NCBI GenBank assembly: GCA_964016885.1
Contig: OZ024742.1
Location: 307,210,001 to 307,274,000 of the forward strand
Reading direction: 5' to 3'
DNA: 64,000 bases
DNA from: Eledone cirrhosa
Taxonomy: Eukaryota
The position numbers and the translations under genes are program-made. Shown here one piece after another: positions 13,246 to 27,015 of the stretch; the first letter of the stretch is position 1, and the number at the start of each line of letters is the position of its first letter. The notes under the pieces were generated by a model that saw only the letters and a program-made list of their open reading frames with translations, was not told the DNA's origin and searched no databases.

Positions 13246-14202
13246 ACTAGACATGAAAAATGCGCAAGCTCAAAAGTGCCACAGAATGTTATAATAAACC
13301 TTCAAAAGTGTGGGACTAGAGTTGTTGCTAAAAAATATTGTAATCATTATATATCGTACATTCTGTGGCATCCTTTATAAAAATAGCTTAAACCAACGAA
13401 GCCTTTATTTTTACGCTATTTCACTTAGTTAATTCTTAGAGTGTAACATATAAAAATAAATACATCTATGTTTAATGTAATAACAGCTATAAATAATTAC
13501 GTAATATTATTATCATATACTCATAGTAACAAAATAATTGTGTTGAAACTTAATATGATGCTTATATGAACGATCAAATCTATAATGATAATTTCTTAAA
13601 TATACTAATAGTAAAATAATTTAGTTATCTATTGTTACATTTTCATAGAACTATAATATTAACAATCGTATTGCATTATCAAATTTTTATCACTACAAAC
13701 TTTCATATTGGAATTACCTTAAGCCACTTATTATTACTTCGCTTTCGTACTTTTACAGCTGTAGATATTGCGCTGTATCTTATATCTAATATCAATATCT
13801 CGTGGTAATTTGCATGAAGTGTAAAATAGGTTTATTAATAACTTTAATATGAAATGTATTATACAGGGCTGCGGAGTCGGCCAAAAATTGACTGGCTCCA
13901 ACTCAGGATCCGATACTCCATTATTTCCTAAATTTCAGCTCCGCAGCTCTGTTATTATATTAATTAATTTATTTTATAGTTGTAAATCATATTTTTATAT
14001 GTTACACTCTAAGAATTAACTAAGTGAAATAGCGTAAAAATAAAGGCTTCATTGGTTTAAGCTATTTTTATAAAGGATGCCACAGAATGTACGATATATA
14101 ATGATTACAATATTTTTTAGCAACAACTCTAGTCCCACACTTTTGAAGGTTTATTATAACATTCTGTGGCACTTTTGAGCTTGCGCATTTTTCATGTCTA
14201 GT
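13246..14202. mobile_element. Unclassified element with 213-bp near-perfect terminal inverted repeats
   Basis: 13246-13458 is the reverse complement of 13990-14202 with one mismatch seen; AT-rich non-coding core. Confidence 0.8.
13864..13951. mobile_element. 88-bp hAT-type MITE
   Basis: TIR CAGGGCTGCGGAG / CTCCGCAGCTCTG; 8-bp TSD gtattata/ttattata. Confidence 0.7.
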
Positions 14203-14698
14203 ATAATATATATATAAGAAGAAAAGAAAAGAAAAAAAAAGGAAAGAAAAGAAAAGAAAATTTCAATGATACGAAAGATTTCCTGGTAGAAGTTCAGGTG
14301 TATTCAGTGTTGGTATCCAGTTTCGGGGTATCCAATTAGAAAATCCAACGAATTTTTTGAGAGGTTCACGCAAGCATTGATATATATGTATGTAAAATGT
14401 AAGCAGAAATAACAACACATATACTAATGAACATACATTAAACACAGAGGGACTGTAAATGATAATAGCAATATTTAGATATAAATATAAATGTACATAT
14501 CTCTATTGGTCTCATAATTTTTTTTTCTCTTTCCCTTGTGTGTAGCAACACGTAGTTGTGTGTTGCTGCTGACTCTAGTGGAGCCCAAGAAAACACGTCT
14601 TGCCCTAACAGCCGCTGCTCCCTATTTATATGTATATATATATATATATATGAGAAAATGTGAAGTAGTTTCAGATGTTAAAGTCCTTTATTGGTAAT

Positions 14699-14773
14699 GC
14701 TGTGATACATATTTCAATGACAACAGTGGCCACACAATTCCATGTACCCAGTGCCGTGACATCATCAGACAGC
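14699..14773 (-). ncRNA. Hammerhead-ribozyme-like motif
   Basis: Minus strand: GCTGT-CTGATGA-TGTCAC...GTTGTCATT-GAAA-TATGTA-TC-ACAGC. Perfect 5-bp stem I, imperfect stem II, AATAAA just downstream. Confidence 0.5.
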
Positions 14774-15579
14774 TTCTTACATATTAAGGTTACATTCCCA
14801 AGGCAATCCAAACAGAAATGGCCAGGGAACAGACAAGGCTTGTGTTCTTGAATCGCCTGCCCGTTCCCCAGTGGTCAACCACTGCAATTATGTGTAGGTG
14901 CAAAGGAAAGCTGACTATCCACTACACCAAACTCACCAAAAACTAGCCTAGGCTTGCCCCCCCCCCCCCCCTCCAACAAAATACCACCCTGTCCATGTTT
15001 GTAATATGACACTGTTAAAGTATACTGTGAGTGGCAGCTAACCTAAATCTAGTGGTGGTGGCAGAGTATGAGTTTCAGTAGGCCTTAATACTACCCCTAA
15101 TTTATGCCTGGGCAATGGGGTTGACCATCCCTGCAATGAGAATATCAACTTCTTTCTAGATATGGTTTCACAGTGGAAATTAAAAATTAAATGTTAAAAC
15201 CTTGATTGATTGAAGTGAATAAAAAAATATATATATAAAGTGTAAATAGGGAGATGTTTAAATTAAAGTAAGAAGTTTAGAAAAGGGGGTCAATATTGGA
15301 TACTTCAGATATATTATCAATATATTGAACGATAGTACCATATAGTAGACAGAAGATAAATTAAGGTATGAAATAAAGGTAATTAGGTAAACAATTAGTT
15401 AATATCTTCTATCACATGAATCAAAACAGACCACAATGGTTGTTTTTAAATTGGAGAATATGAACAGAGCCAATATTTTCTGGTGTTAAAGAGGAAAGTT
15501 AGACTTCAGGATGCAGTTTTGACTGTGTTACTAACTTTTAATATTCTGTAATGATTTAGCAGAAATGTCTAAAAATTGG

Positions 15580-16085
15580 CATGCTGCCATCAACAAGGTC
15601 ATTAAGCATAGCTTGGACGCTGCAGGCTTCCTCTCCCAGCTCGAGTTGGTGGGGCTGGACCAAGGGGATGGCAAAAGGCCAGACGGTATGACCATCATCC
15701 CGTTCTGCGGTGACAAACCCCTCGTCTGGGATGCCACTTGCAGCGACACTTTCGCCAGCCACAACCTGATGCAGTCTGCGACTAACCCAGGTACTGCTGT
15801 ACGTTGGGCTGAGAAGGCCAAACTCTCCAAGTACCGGTTGCTCTCCGACAGGTTCGCGGTCGTGCCCTTGGAAGTGGAGACTTCTGGTGTCCTTGGCCCT
15901 AGGGCTACCTCCCTATTCACCACCATAGGCGCTGAGCTGGCCAGCCACAGGTGTGAGCCTCGTGAGTTGGAATGGCTCTTCCAGCGCATCTCCCTTACCA
16001 TCCTCCGTAGAAAGCCTTCTCCATCCTGTCCGCCGGGGCTGTGGGGAGGCCAGCACGTGGGACCCCATTTGCTCACCATACGGAT
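15580..16085 (+). mobile_element. CRE/SLACS-like LINE C-terminal fragment (restriction-like endonuclease)
   Basis: DGKRPDGMT..PF...KPLVWDATCSDTFA...AEKAKLSKY...VPLEVETSGVLG...LFQRIS. Other fragments at about 4700-4910, 34995-35135, 36390-36500, 45905-45990 and 54740-54945. Confidence 0.75.
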
Positions 16086-17013
16086 TAATAGGGAAAGTTA
16101 TAAACTTTTGTAAATAAAATAAATAACAACATAATTAAAAAAGAAAAAAAGACTGCTTTCCTAATGTGATTTTATGTTGTACAGGACATTAAAAGTTAAT
16201 ATGAAATAGAATCTAATGTGATAGTTGTTCCAGTTCCCTGCACCCAGCATTCTAATTTTGCTGGCACCTACTTTGTCGTTTATTGTTATAGACTCAATTA
16301 AAAAATATTAGACTAGACAGCTTTCTTTCCTTCTAGAAACCTTTACTGAAAGATCATTCTCAATTACAAGTAATGACCTTAGTATTAGTATCAAATATTA
16401 AAGTCCTGCACTACATGAAACAACATTGTATGTAATTATGGACCATTAACTCCCAATAAATTCCTAGAAGTGCCATAGTGATTTATGGCATATCTTGGAC
16501 ATTTTAAACCTGATGGAGCTCATCTCTTTTCCAAGTTCGACCACAGCTGATCTCTTCCAGAGAAGGATAGGGAGTGACAGATAAGAAGTGAGAGAGAGAC
16601 AGAGGAAGAATCAACCTCAATACTGGACAGGTACTTTTTTTATTGCCTTCAAAAGGATGAATGGCAAAGATGACCTTGGCGGGATTTGAACTCAGAGTGG
16701 AGAGAGCCAGAATGAATACCGCAAATCATTCTATCTGACATTTTTAACATCTCTGCCAATTCACCACCTGAAACAACAGCAAAAATGAAAAAGCATAAAC
16801 TAAAACCATGGCTTTATCATATCAAAAATTAAAGCCCTTACTCTAATATTACAAACTTTCACAAAAAATCTATCAACAACACTACAAACATTTGAATTAA
16901 CAACCCCACTTTTAGATAATTTCTGCTAAACCATAACAAGATATCACAAGTTAATGTGCAAACATCAAAAATACATTCTCCAAGAACTGCATGCATATTA
17001 GTGTGTTACTTAC

Positions 17014-17135
17014 TTTCGTTTATCTTCCCTTTTCCAATGAGATTCCACAACACCAAAGAAACTATACCAAGCAAACTGTAATAATGTGAGGTACCAACCA
17101 AAGGGACGAAAGCCATCTAACTTGAATATAAGTTC
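17014..17135 (-). CDS. SLC35B3: SLC35B3 coding exon 2
   Basis: ttcAG acceptor; ELIFKLDGFRPFGWYLTLLQFAWYSFFGVVESHWKREDKR; GTAAGT donor; 122 nt, phase 0 to 2. Matches PAPST2 ELIF..GF...GWYLTLVQF. Confidence 0.93.
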
Positions 17136-19283
17136 CTGAAATATAAATAAATATAAATAAATAAATAATTATATATATATAATCCAAGTTAAAATTAGAG
17201 AAATCAACCAAAATTCTTGAAAAAGTGTTTGTTAGTTTACAATTGTTTCGAAGGATGAGGTCAAAATTCAATCAATAAACGTATATACTATCAATATTTC
17301 AATTAATAGATACACATGTTATTAAGAGCAAATTAGGCCCTGAACCTTGTCTTCGGAACATATAAACAAATTTCAAAAATATACCACTTAGGGACGATTA
17401 CAACAACAAGCGAAAAACATACCAGTAATTTTACCAAAAATAAACCATAGTAGGAACCAAACAGAAAGGTCCCAACCCAACATATTTACTGGTCACAAAT
17501 ACATCAGCAGCCATAGTTAAACAATGTTTACAGGGCAGGAAGTAAGCAAATATATTTGTATATTTACATACAGACATAGCATCATCATCATCATCATCAT
17601 CACTATCTCCAAGGGTTATATGGGTTATCAAGTACAGAGCTATGTTTTATACATACATTGCGTTTTGGGCTTTCCTAACACCAATCAATTTTCAGTGTGT
17701 ACTAGGAGCATTTCGTCATGGCACCAGCACTAACAACTTAGAGCGTGGAGCAGGTGTTTTTTAGTGTAGCACAAACATTACCACTTTACAGAGTGGGCTG
17801 AGTGCATTTTATCATGGCACCAGTGCTGCCTCATTACAACATTAGAGTGCTTGTTGTGTCTAGCCAGGCTGAGGAGGCATTAATGGGAGTTGAAGTGTTA
17901 TAATGAATGAAACAAAGCAGGCTACATAGTGCTTGCCAGAGGAGGCGGGGGGGGGGGGGGGGTCATCCCAACTTGGGATAGGAAGCATTAGGTCATGGAG
18001 GTGGACTTGAAGAAAGTGAGTTGCATCTAGCATGAGGTGTGCCTGGCTGTCGATGTTGGCATGGATTGGATAACGAAGGTGAATCAAAGACATGAGTGGT
18101 AGTAGAGAGAACAATGGTGGTGGGGTCATAGAATCTTTCTTCCATGTTGGCATGAGTCAGGCAAGGAAGAGGGTGAAAAGGAGAGATGAATGATGTAAGA
18201 TGGGACTTGGAAAGTCAGAGAAGAAGAATTGTGAGGATTAAGGGGGGGGGCAGGGCAGAGGAGTTGATCTATAACAGTGTGATTGGGCAGTTTCAGATTC
18301 AGTATTGTGAGCCTCTTTAGCAACTGTCAACTACAGCATCAAGCTGACTAATGCTATCTGTATTTGGTACTGTACTGGGAAAATTGGGTTGTCACAGTTC
18401 AGCTGCTCTAGTATAACATCATGGTCCACAGCTGCTCACCTACGACATCATTTTCCAGCTAACATTACTGCCAGTATATAATTGTTTCTACTTTCGGCAC
18501 AAGGCCAGCAATTTGAAGGGGAGAGAAAGTTGATTAAATCGACCCAGTGCATTACTAGTTCTTTATTTTACCAACCCCATAAGGATGAAAGGCAAAGCTA
18601 ACCCCGGCGAGATTGGAACTCAGAATGTAAAGGGCCGTAACTCCCTGATGCAAAGCAGGGTGTCCAGTGCTCTACCGATACATAATGCAAAATTAACAAA
18701 AATAATAGAAGGGCTTTATTCCAGTCAATAAAGTTGAAACCTATAAAAAAATGAGTTGATATTCATATGATATCAGCTCAATGCAGAAGTAATTAGTTGA
18801 CTTGGTTGTATTCAATAAATGCTAGCAGGAGTGAACGTCATAGTCCAGGAAAAATCAATTTGCATTTGACATATGATAATAGATAGTAAAACATAATAAT
18901 GTGAGGTGGAGTGTTGTTTTGTATGTTTGTTGTGATAATGGGTTGATCTTTTTGTCAGTGTTTTCAACTTAAGTCCATAAAAAAATTTAGTTTGTAGTAC
19001 ATTTTTATATATTTCAGCTATTTTTAAATTGTTGATGGTGACCCAATAGTAACTTTCATTGTACCATAGCACAACAAATACAGGTTCGGTTTGGCGAATG
19101 CCTTTTTACTTAACCCTATCGTCTTGGCTTTCGTGGGTTGAACATTTTACTCTCAGGCACCCAATTAAGTTAAACCCCTGGTAATCTATGACAAATTTTT
19201 TTTATAAACACAAGCCGAGGTATTCCGTACTTCTCTGTACTGTTTCAGAAAGGAGGGATAAACATGCCAATCTATGTTTAGAA

Positions 19284-19312
19284 GCCCGAGTAACACCAGG
19301 CCATTCTGCTAG
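19284..19312 (+). mobile_element. Helitron-like 3' terminus
   Basis: gcccgagtaacaccaggcc..CTAG|T, a degenerate version of the 26875-26902 end; the 5' extent is not defined. Confidence 0.5.
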
Positions 19313-19355
<43 letters not shown>

Positions 19356-19372
19356 GTTCGTGCATGCTTGTG

Positions 19373-19405
<33 letters not shown>

Positions 19406-19768
19406 ATGATTAATTCAAGTAGATAATTGTAATGATAATTGCAATGTTTGTTGTGCTAGTGGACTGATGCTATTGTTGGCACTAGTGTCTTGGACTTAAC
19501 AGTCCAAAGGAATATCAATCAACAATAAGTCTGTATACAAGGGTGTTAAATTGGCAAAATTGGTAGAACATCAGATAAAATGCCATTGCTATGTTTGTTT
19601 GTTTATTTTTTCTTGTGGTGGTGATGGTGGGGGGGAATATGACTCTCCTCCAATAAATCCATCAACAAAAGTGTTTCTGATGGATGTTCCTGATGTAATT
19701 GGTCAGAAGTTACGACCAAGAATTTTGAAATAAAGTCTAAGGTTTGGAAGACACAATATACATATATA

Positions 19769-20635
19769 CAGGGTGCGGACGATATTTGTTCGCAATTTTC
19801 AACTGCTAATTTTATGCAAATTTTTTTTACTTCCGTTGTCACTCTTGTCTTCATAAAAACAGTGACTATATTTCCATTATTTATTCTCAGAATAATTGAT
19901 TATGAATAATTTTGAACCTCCAAATTTGTGGAAGAGACACGGAGTTCTTCTTGTAATCCGCGCCGGGAGGACAAATAAGGACCAGAAGATCAACTCCCAG
20001 AACAACAGGTGGCTCGCTGTCTCATCCAAAGACGTTCCCAGAGTCATGCAGACAAAATTTCCAGTGACAACATTAGTCTTAGGTGTCGTCAGCAGTCAAG
20101 GTGACATCATGCTACCTCACTTCTTCCCCGAGGGCCTCAAGCTGAACACCGATGGCTACATACGCGTTCTGAGCGAAGTAGTAAAGCCCTGGATCGACCA
20201 GGTAGCAAGACTCAGCGCCCTGCCATACCAGCCGAAAGATCCAAGCCTGGCTGTCAGAGAACTTCGTTGACCACACTTCACCTGACATCTGGCCTCCCAG
20301 CTCGCCTGACTGCAACCCCCTCGACTTCTTTGTGTGGGGCGCAGTGGAACGAGACACCAACAGATCTAGCTGCAATACGAAAGACGATCTGAAGGCCAGG
20401 ATCACAAGTGCCTTTAGGGGCTTACGTCGAGGACAGTGACGAAGGCCTGCAACTGGTTCCAAGGCCGCCTTGAGGCCGTCATCAAAGCCAATGGCGGGTT
20501 GATCGAGTGAGATCGAAAGAACAAGTCATGAACACAAACTGACCCAAGTTTGATAAATAAATCTTAAAAATAAAACTACTGTGTTATTTTTTCCTAGACT
20601 ATTTTTTCTTGCGAACAGATATCGTCTGCACCCTG
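19769..20635 (+). mobile_element. Tc1/mariner (maT, DD37D) deletion derivative
   Basis: 27-bp TIRs CAGGGTGCGGACGATATTTGTTCGCAA with TA flanks. Transposase remnants include NSQNNRW and QDSAPCH...WPPSSPDCNPLD, with 37 aa between the last two Asp residues. Confidence 0.9.
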
Positions 20636-21189
20636 TATATACATATATATATATCATCATCATCGTTTAACATCCATCTTCCACGTTAGCATGGGTTGGA
20701 CGGGGTTGTCCCACTTGAGCATGTTTTGCTCATACAGAACTGTTTCTGGCAGGTTTTCTAAAGCTGGATGCCCTTCCTAACACCAACCACATTTACAGTG
20801 TGGACTGGGTGCCTTTTTACTGAGTTTCCTACATGACCACTTTACAATGTGGACTGGATGCTTTTTGTCATGTCACCTACACGACCACTTTACAACAAAA
20901 TAATTTACATAAATTTTCTAGCAAAACAAATTTCAAAACTTAACCATCGTCATTCTGAACTGTTTTGCATTTTTTGTATGTTTTTCTTTTCTTTTTCTTT
21001 TTTGTTCTTAATAAACACTAATAATGATTTTTTTTATATGTATGAAACATAAAATATATAATATGTAAAATATGATTGTATAAAAGCATTTTCAATCAAT
21101 ACTTCAATGCACATTTTCTAATTATATAAGAATAAACTATTTATCTATCACGCTTTATATCAATTGTTTTTTCAACGGAAGCTGTGAAT

Positions 21190-21545
21190 TGAGATAGATG
21201 TGCATGTTTATACATGTATAGAAGAGAATGTTGTAAGGTTGAGATAGTTGCATGCAATTGCAGGTATAGATAGATGTGTGTATTTGTAGGTTGAAATAGA
21301 TGTGTGTGTTTGTAGGTAGAGATAGATGTGTGTTTGTAATATAGAAGATGCTGTAAGGTGGAGATAAATGTGTATGTTTGTACATGTAGTGACCGATATG
21401 TGTATTTGTAGCTAGAGATCAATGTATGTGCTTGTAGGTAGAGAAAGGTGTTTGTACATGTAGTGACCGATATGTGTATTTGTAGCTAGAGATCAATGTA
21501 TGTGCTTGTAGGTAGAGAAAGGTGTTTGTACACATGTAGAAGAGA
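21190..21545. repeat. Minisatellite (~24-28-bp units) with an exact 74-bp higher-order duplication
   Basis: gagatagatgtgtgtatttgtagg-like units; tgtttgtac recurs at 21375, 21449 and 21523. Confidence 0.8.
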
Positions 21546-21978
21546 AGGCTATAACATAGCCTATAAAATAATGAAAGGAAGAGAGAAAAGAGGTTATTTA
21601 ATCACAGATGTAATCTATTTTGTGTCAGAAACTATAAATGACAATTTTGAAATTATTAGACTGTAGAGGAAATCACATCTCAGGCAACTAAAATCTCACA
21701 GTTTCAACAATTTCTGTCTTTTTTCTTATATCAAGAGTTTTGGAGATAAAACTTGAATTCAGTAATGTTGTCTCATCTAATTCAATAAGGTTTTATAATG
21801 TTTTTTTCTTTCTCTTTCTGTAAAGCTTTGACAACTTAGTCTATATATTTGTAACTATTTTTAGTGATTGAAGATTAATTTCATTAAATATCTAATATAC
21901 CTATTGGTGAAACATCTTAATACTGTGTCAAATTTAATAGATAAGATAAAAAGGGTAAAGAGTGAAGATCCCCTTCAC

Positions 21979-22250
21979 TCATGAATAACCATGGGATTTG
22001 CACCTAGAAAGTTCCCCTCCGAGGCACAAGTCTGGGCAAGGTTGTTTTGTGGAAACCAGCAGTCGCCCATGCATACCTGTCTCACCTCTCCAAACCACCA
22101 ATGTTGTCCAAGGGAAAGGCAAAGAGCGATACAGCTTGGCACTAGTGACATTGCAACTCATTTCTACAGCTGAGTGAAATAAAGTGTCTTGCTCAAGAAC
22201 ACAACGCAAAGCCCGATCCAATGCTCTAACCACTAAGCCATGTGCCTTCA
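21979..22250 (-). mobile_element. tRNA-head SINE (gtgtccttgagcaagacac core family)
   Basis: Minus strand reads catggcttagtggttagagcattgg...ttcttgagcaagacactttatttcac. A related copy lies at about 49612-49870 (+). Confidence 0.65.
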
Positions 22251-22789
22251 CTAAGATGCAGTCTATATAATTCATGTCTGTCCATGTTGAAACATTGAAG
22301 CTAAGAATTAAAAGCAAGCTGGAATTTTCTTAAGAAAATATAACCACACACACATACATGTGTGCACCACATAAGATACTCAGTAAAATTCAATCAACCA
22401 TCAAAAATCATCATCCCCATTATTATCATCACTATTTTACATCTGCTTTTCCATGCTTACACAGAATATTTGGCATACAAATAAATTTCCAGACCTCTTA
22501 TTTCCTATTATTACTTAGACATAGATAAACCTATTTAAAGAAGTTTAATTCCACCATAAGATTCAACCAGAAGAAATTACCAAAGCTGAAACTTTAACAC
22601 GTTAGCATTTACATTACTCTATATTTGCTATTGTATTTTCACAGTAAACACTTTATCTCACATAATCTCGAATCTATGAGATTTTGATATTATTTAATTT
22701 GAGAACAATATCTTAACATAAGTATGAGCAGCCAGTTATGGCCAGTTTGAACAGAAAGAGAGAATTCTGGCTAGATACAGATGATTTAA

Positions 22790-22975
22790 CCCTTTAGAAT
22801 TTACTTTATTCTACTATTATATTTTCATGGTGAAGGGTTTATCTCACATATGGAATCTACGAGATTTTGATGATGTTATTATTTTCAGAATAATACCTTA
22901 ATGTCAGTATGAGTGGCCAGTTATGGCCGATTTGAACAGAAATAGAAAATTCTGGCCAGATTAAATGCTAAAGGG
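22790..22975 (+). mobile_element. piggyBac-type MITE
   Basis: TTAA|CCCTTTAG...CTAAAGGG|TTAA. Related copies at about 22598-22785, 24999-25219 (reverse), 29889-30093 and 58736-58956. Confidence 0.82.
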
Positions 22976-25921
22976 TTAAAGACTTGAACTATGTACCGAA
23001 AAGATACATATGATATAACACAACTGTATAGAAGAAAACAAAGGAGTGTCTTTCGCCCAAGACAGCAATTAGAGTACATAAAAAAATAATGGTTTCTACA
23101 TGAGGCACAAGGCCAGTAATTTTTTTTTTTCGTGGGGGAAAGTCGATTAAATTGACGTGCATTACAGGTGCTTTATTTTATCAACCCCATAAGGATGAAA
23201 GGCAAAGAAAACCTCAGCGGGATTTGAACTCAGAACATAAAGGACCATACATAACCCTATGCTACAAAGCATAGTGTCAGACACTCCACCGATACTGCCA
23301 ATCCACCGCCCTGTACATAAATAAATAATAATTAAACACATCAGTCATAAACTCTGCTCTCTACCCACTACCCTTCCTGTAGATTAGAAAACTTACCAAA
23401 CAAAGGGCCAGGAGAAATCCTCAGTTCTGTCAAAGACATAATAATTATCCCTAGTGCTGGTGCCATGATCAAATCCACTGAATAGAGCAGGGGAAAATTT
23501 TGTAAGCGAGATGCAGGCCCCTTACTTGTTCAAGCACTCACTTTCATACCTGAATGTATGTAAGCAATATGTAGGTGCCCAACCCATGTGAGGGGTTAGT
23601 AGCTTTGAGTATTGATTCGGTTTGTGATGAGCCTTTCAGCCCTTGCTAGCAGGGAAAACAGACATTAAAGGATGATGATGATAATGATGACAACAATGAT
23701 ATTCTATGGTATGTTATGTCATATTCTTCATATAGCATCTATCTAATCTACACCGACAGCTGAGTACTGTTTGATATATAAGCATTCTGGCTAACTACAC
23801 TCCACCTGATTAAGATCCACATATCCAACTAGCTCAAAGTCACAAACCACCCATTTGTTTACCTCATATATTCTCAGTAGCTAACTCAGAAATTTATTTA
23901 TGATAACAGATAAAATATCTTCTTATATAGAATGTATTAATTCTTAAACTCACCTCAAAGGTGTGTTATATAACTTTTGTATATTAAATATTTTGTTTAT
24001 GAAGGCATGACTTTGGTTTATTAACATTAACACCTATAATTACAATAAAATATGAATAATAGGTGACATCTTTCACTCTTAGTTTTGCTTTGTATATCTA
24101 TTTACACAAAAGAACTGTTGAAAGAGAAAAGAAAATTAACAAATTTAGTGAGAAGAAAACACTTTAAACTTGTTGAGAACAGAACTTATTTAGTGCTGGT
24201 GACAATAAAATACACCCATTATACTATGTAAAAGGGTTCATAATCAAATGGAAACAGCATAGGGTAGAGAAACCCCTTTAATTTTGTTGATAGCATGACA
24301 AACTCACTAATGCTGGTGCCATGATAAAATTCACCCAGTAGACAAGTGGTTGGTGTTAGGAAGGGTATCCAGCAATAGGAACCATGTCAAAATTGGCATG
24401 GAGGAGGAGGAGGAAGCAGAAGATGATGAAAGAATCATCCCCTGTGGTTGCTGTAAGAAAAGCTATGCTCTGAAAAGAGTAAGCTATGAAGAAGACATCA
24501 TCTTCACTTTACATCTACTTTCCACATTGGCACAAATCAGTATTTAGACTATAATATTTATGACTTATTTTTTTAACATCCTGCAAGATTTTAGAAGAAA
24601 ATATCTAAAGACATGTTTGTTAATTCAAATTATCATCATCATCATCATTGTTCTTATGTCCACTTTTCCATTATGCTATAGGTTGGACACAATATTTTGA
24701 GACAATGTTTTACAGCCAGATACCCTCACTGATGTCAATTATTTTAGTCACCTCTTATGACACAGTGGGATATAGAGTATCTATTTTAAAAACCAGGATG
24801 TATATTTTAATGCATGGTCCCACAACACCTGATAGAATCATAGGGGAGCTGTATTGACGTAGAGCATTTCTTGGCCATTTTAAGCCTGGCAGAACTGATG
24901 ATAAATAATTTAATTTTTAATTTGATGCAGGCCTGAGGCTGTTTTATATTTGTCATGTATATCTTGCTAATTTGGTTCCATGTAATACAGGAAATTAACC
25001 CTTTAGCATTTAAACTAGCTGTATCGAGCCAAAATTCTCTCACCTCTTTCTGTTCCAACTGGCCATAACTGGCCACTGATACTGACATTAAGGTATTGTA
25101 CTCAAAATGAATAATAACAAAATCTCATAGATTCAATATTATGTGAAATAATTATGTGAGGTAAAGTCCTTACTGCGAAAATACAATAGTAAATATAGAG
25201 TAATGAAAATACTAAAGAGTTAAGAATTCATCAAGCCCAAATGGATGTGAAGCAAAGTTGACTTCAGAGTCATTGATGTGCTAATCACTCTGCCAATAGA
25301 GAGCATTAAAAAGCTAACTAGAAATAATGATATTATTATCTAATTAGATAATTATATTATCTGTCTTATTCTGATCTCACTTTCAAAGTAGTTCACTAGC
25401 TGCTGGGGTAGTGACAGAATGCAGACATCTCTAATATGGTTTTAATTTTAAAATAAATCTATTTTTCACAGGAGTTGATCTATCATCAGAGTCATTCTAG
25501 CTGTTGCAATCCTTCCTTTTTTTTATTTTCAGGTACTATCAACATCATCATCATAAACATCATTTAAGCTTTGTTCTCCCTACTAGCAAGGGTTGGATGG
25601 GTCATCACTGACAAAGTCAATCTTTAATCAGACTACATCTCTCATACATTCCCACGCAGTGTCTTTTATTATGGCACAGCTGAATAGTTTTCCTGACCCT
25701 TTGTTTGGAAGGTTTTCTATAATTGGCTGCCCACCAAATCAAAACTTTACAGAGTGTACTAGGTGCATGTTTCATGTAAATCAAGGTAATTTGTTTCACA
25801 AATATGCACTTTTGAGTGCAATATCCACCTCCTCATTATGTGTCACCTTCAGCAAGTGTCTTCCACTTCATATGACCAACATATATACACATACATATAC
25901 AGACATACATGTGTACATACA

Positions 25922-26901
25922 TCTGTATATATATAAAATTAAGTACGTGTGTGGGTGTGTCTGTGTACTACCTATAGGGGTCTACATCTTTCGACCGATT
26001 TTCATGAAACTTTACAGGCTCATAGATTAGTCATCGGGGAGAGTTTTCTATATATCAGCATATCGTTTTTTAGGGAGGTCACCTTTTTTTAGGTATCGAA
26101 AAATAAGATTTTTGGCTCTAGCTGCCACATATTGCCACCCATTTCGTTCAAATTTTAAAGCAAAAATAGAATTTATCATTGCACATCCTGTAATGGCTTT
26201 ATATTTTGCATTTGTTGTTCAGGGACGGCGTGGCAGCCGCTTAAATATTCAAAAATACCACTTTTAGACTCAAATTTCCACTTTTACGGCTCTAGCTCCC
26301 ACATGAATCAGCCTACTTTGTTCAAATTTTACACTACGCTAGATCTGATTATTTCACGTCTTAAAGTGGCTTTACATTTTGTTTTTTTTTTGTTCAGGAA
26401 CAGCGTGGCAGCCGCTTCAATATTCGAAAATACCACCTTTTCGCTCAAATTTCCGCCTTTTCGGCTCTAGCTCCCACATTTTTCAACCGATTTTGTTCAA
26501 ATTCAAAACTTCGGCTCCACCTCACACATAAATCAATTAATTTGGTTCAACTTTTATACTATGATAGAACCTATCATTGCACATCTTATAGATGGTCAAA
26601 GGCAAAACGATGGCCACTGCCGTCGTCTGAGCTTTTAGTTGTGTATTTGAGAATTCATCGGTTTCCAATCAAGTAACGTGAGGAAATTTGGCTTAGTGTT
26701 AGAGGTCATTACCTCCCTCCCCCAGCATGCCCTTTCGTCAGTCACCCGCGTTTCTCAGTGATAGAGGTCATCACCACCCTCCCCCGCATGGCCTGTGTGT
26801 GGCCATAGATGAGTCATCGAGAAGCAGTCGCTAAGATCAACACCTTTTCATCAAAGCAGATATTATTTTACATACCCAGGCAATGCTGGGTACTGCTGCT
26901 A

Positions 26902-26902
<1 letters not shown>
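25922..26902 (+). mobile_element. Non-autonomous Helitron
   Basis: A|TC 5' start (tctgtatatatataaaa..gtgtgtctgt), 3' hairpin acccaggcaatgctgggt, terminal CTAG|T; internal repeats of about 175 bp starting 26114, 26288 and 26463. Confidence 0.8.
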
Positions 26903-26941
<39 letters not shown>

Positions 26942-27015
26942 GAAAATGAACGAACAAAACAGGAGGCAATTGTACACAGTTATATTAGGTTCATACTTGG
27001 TGGAAGTGGAGGAGG

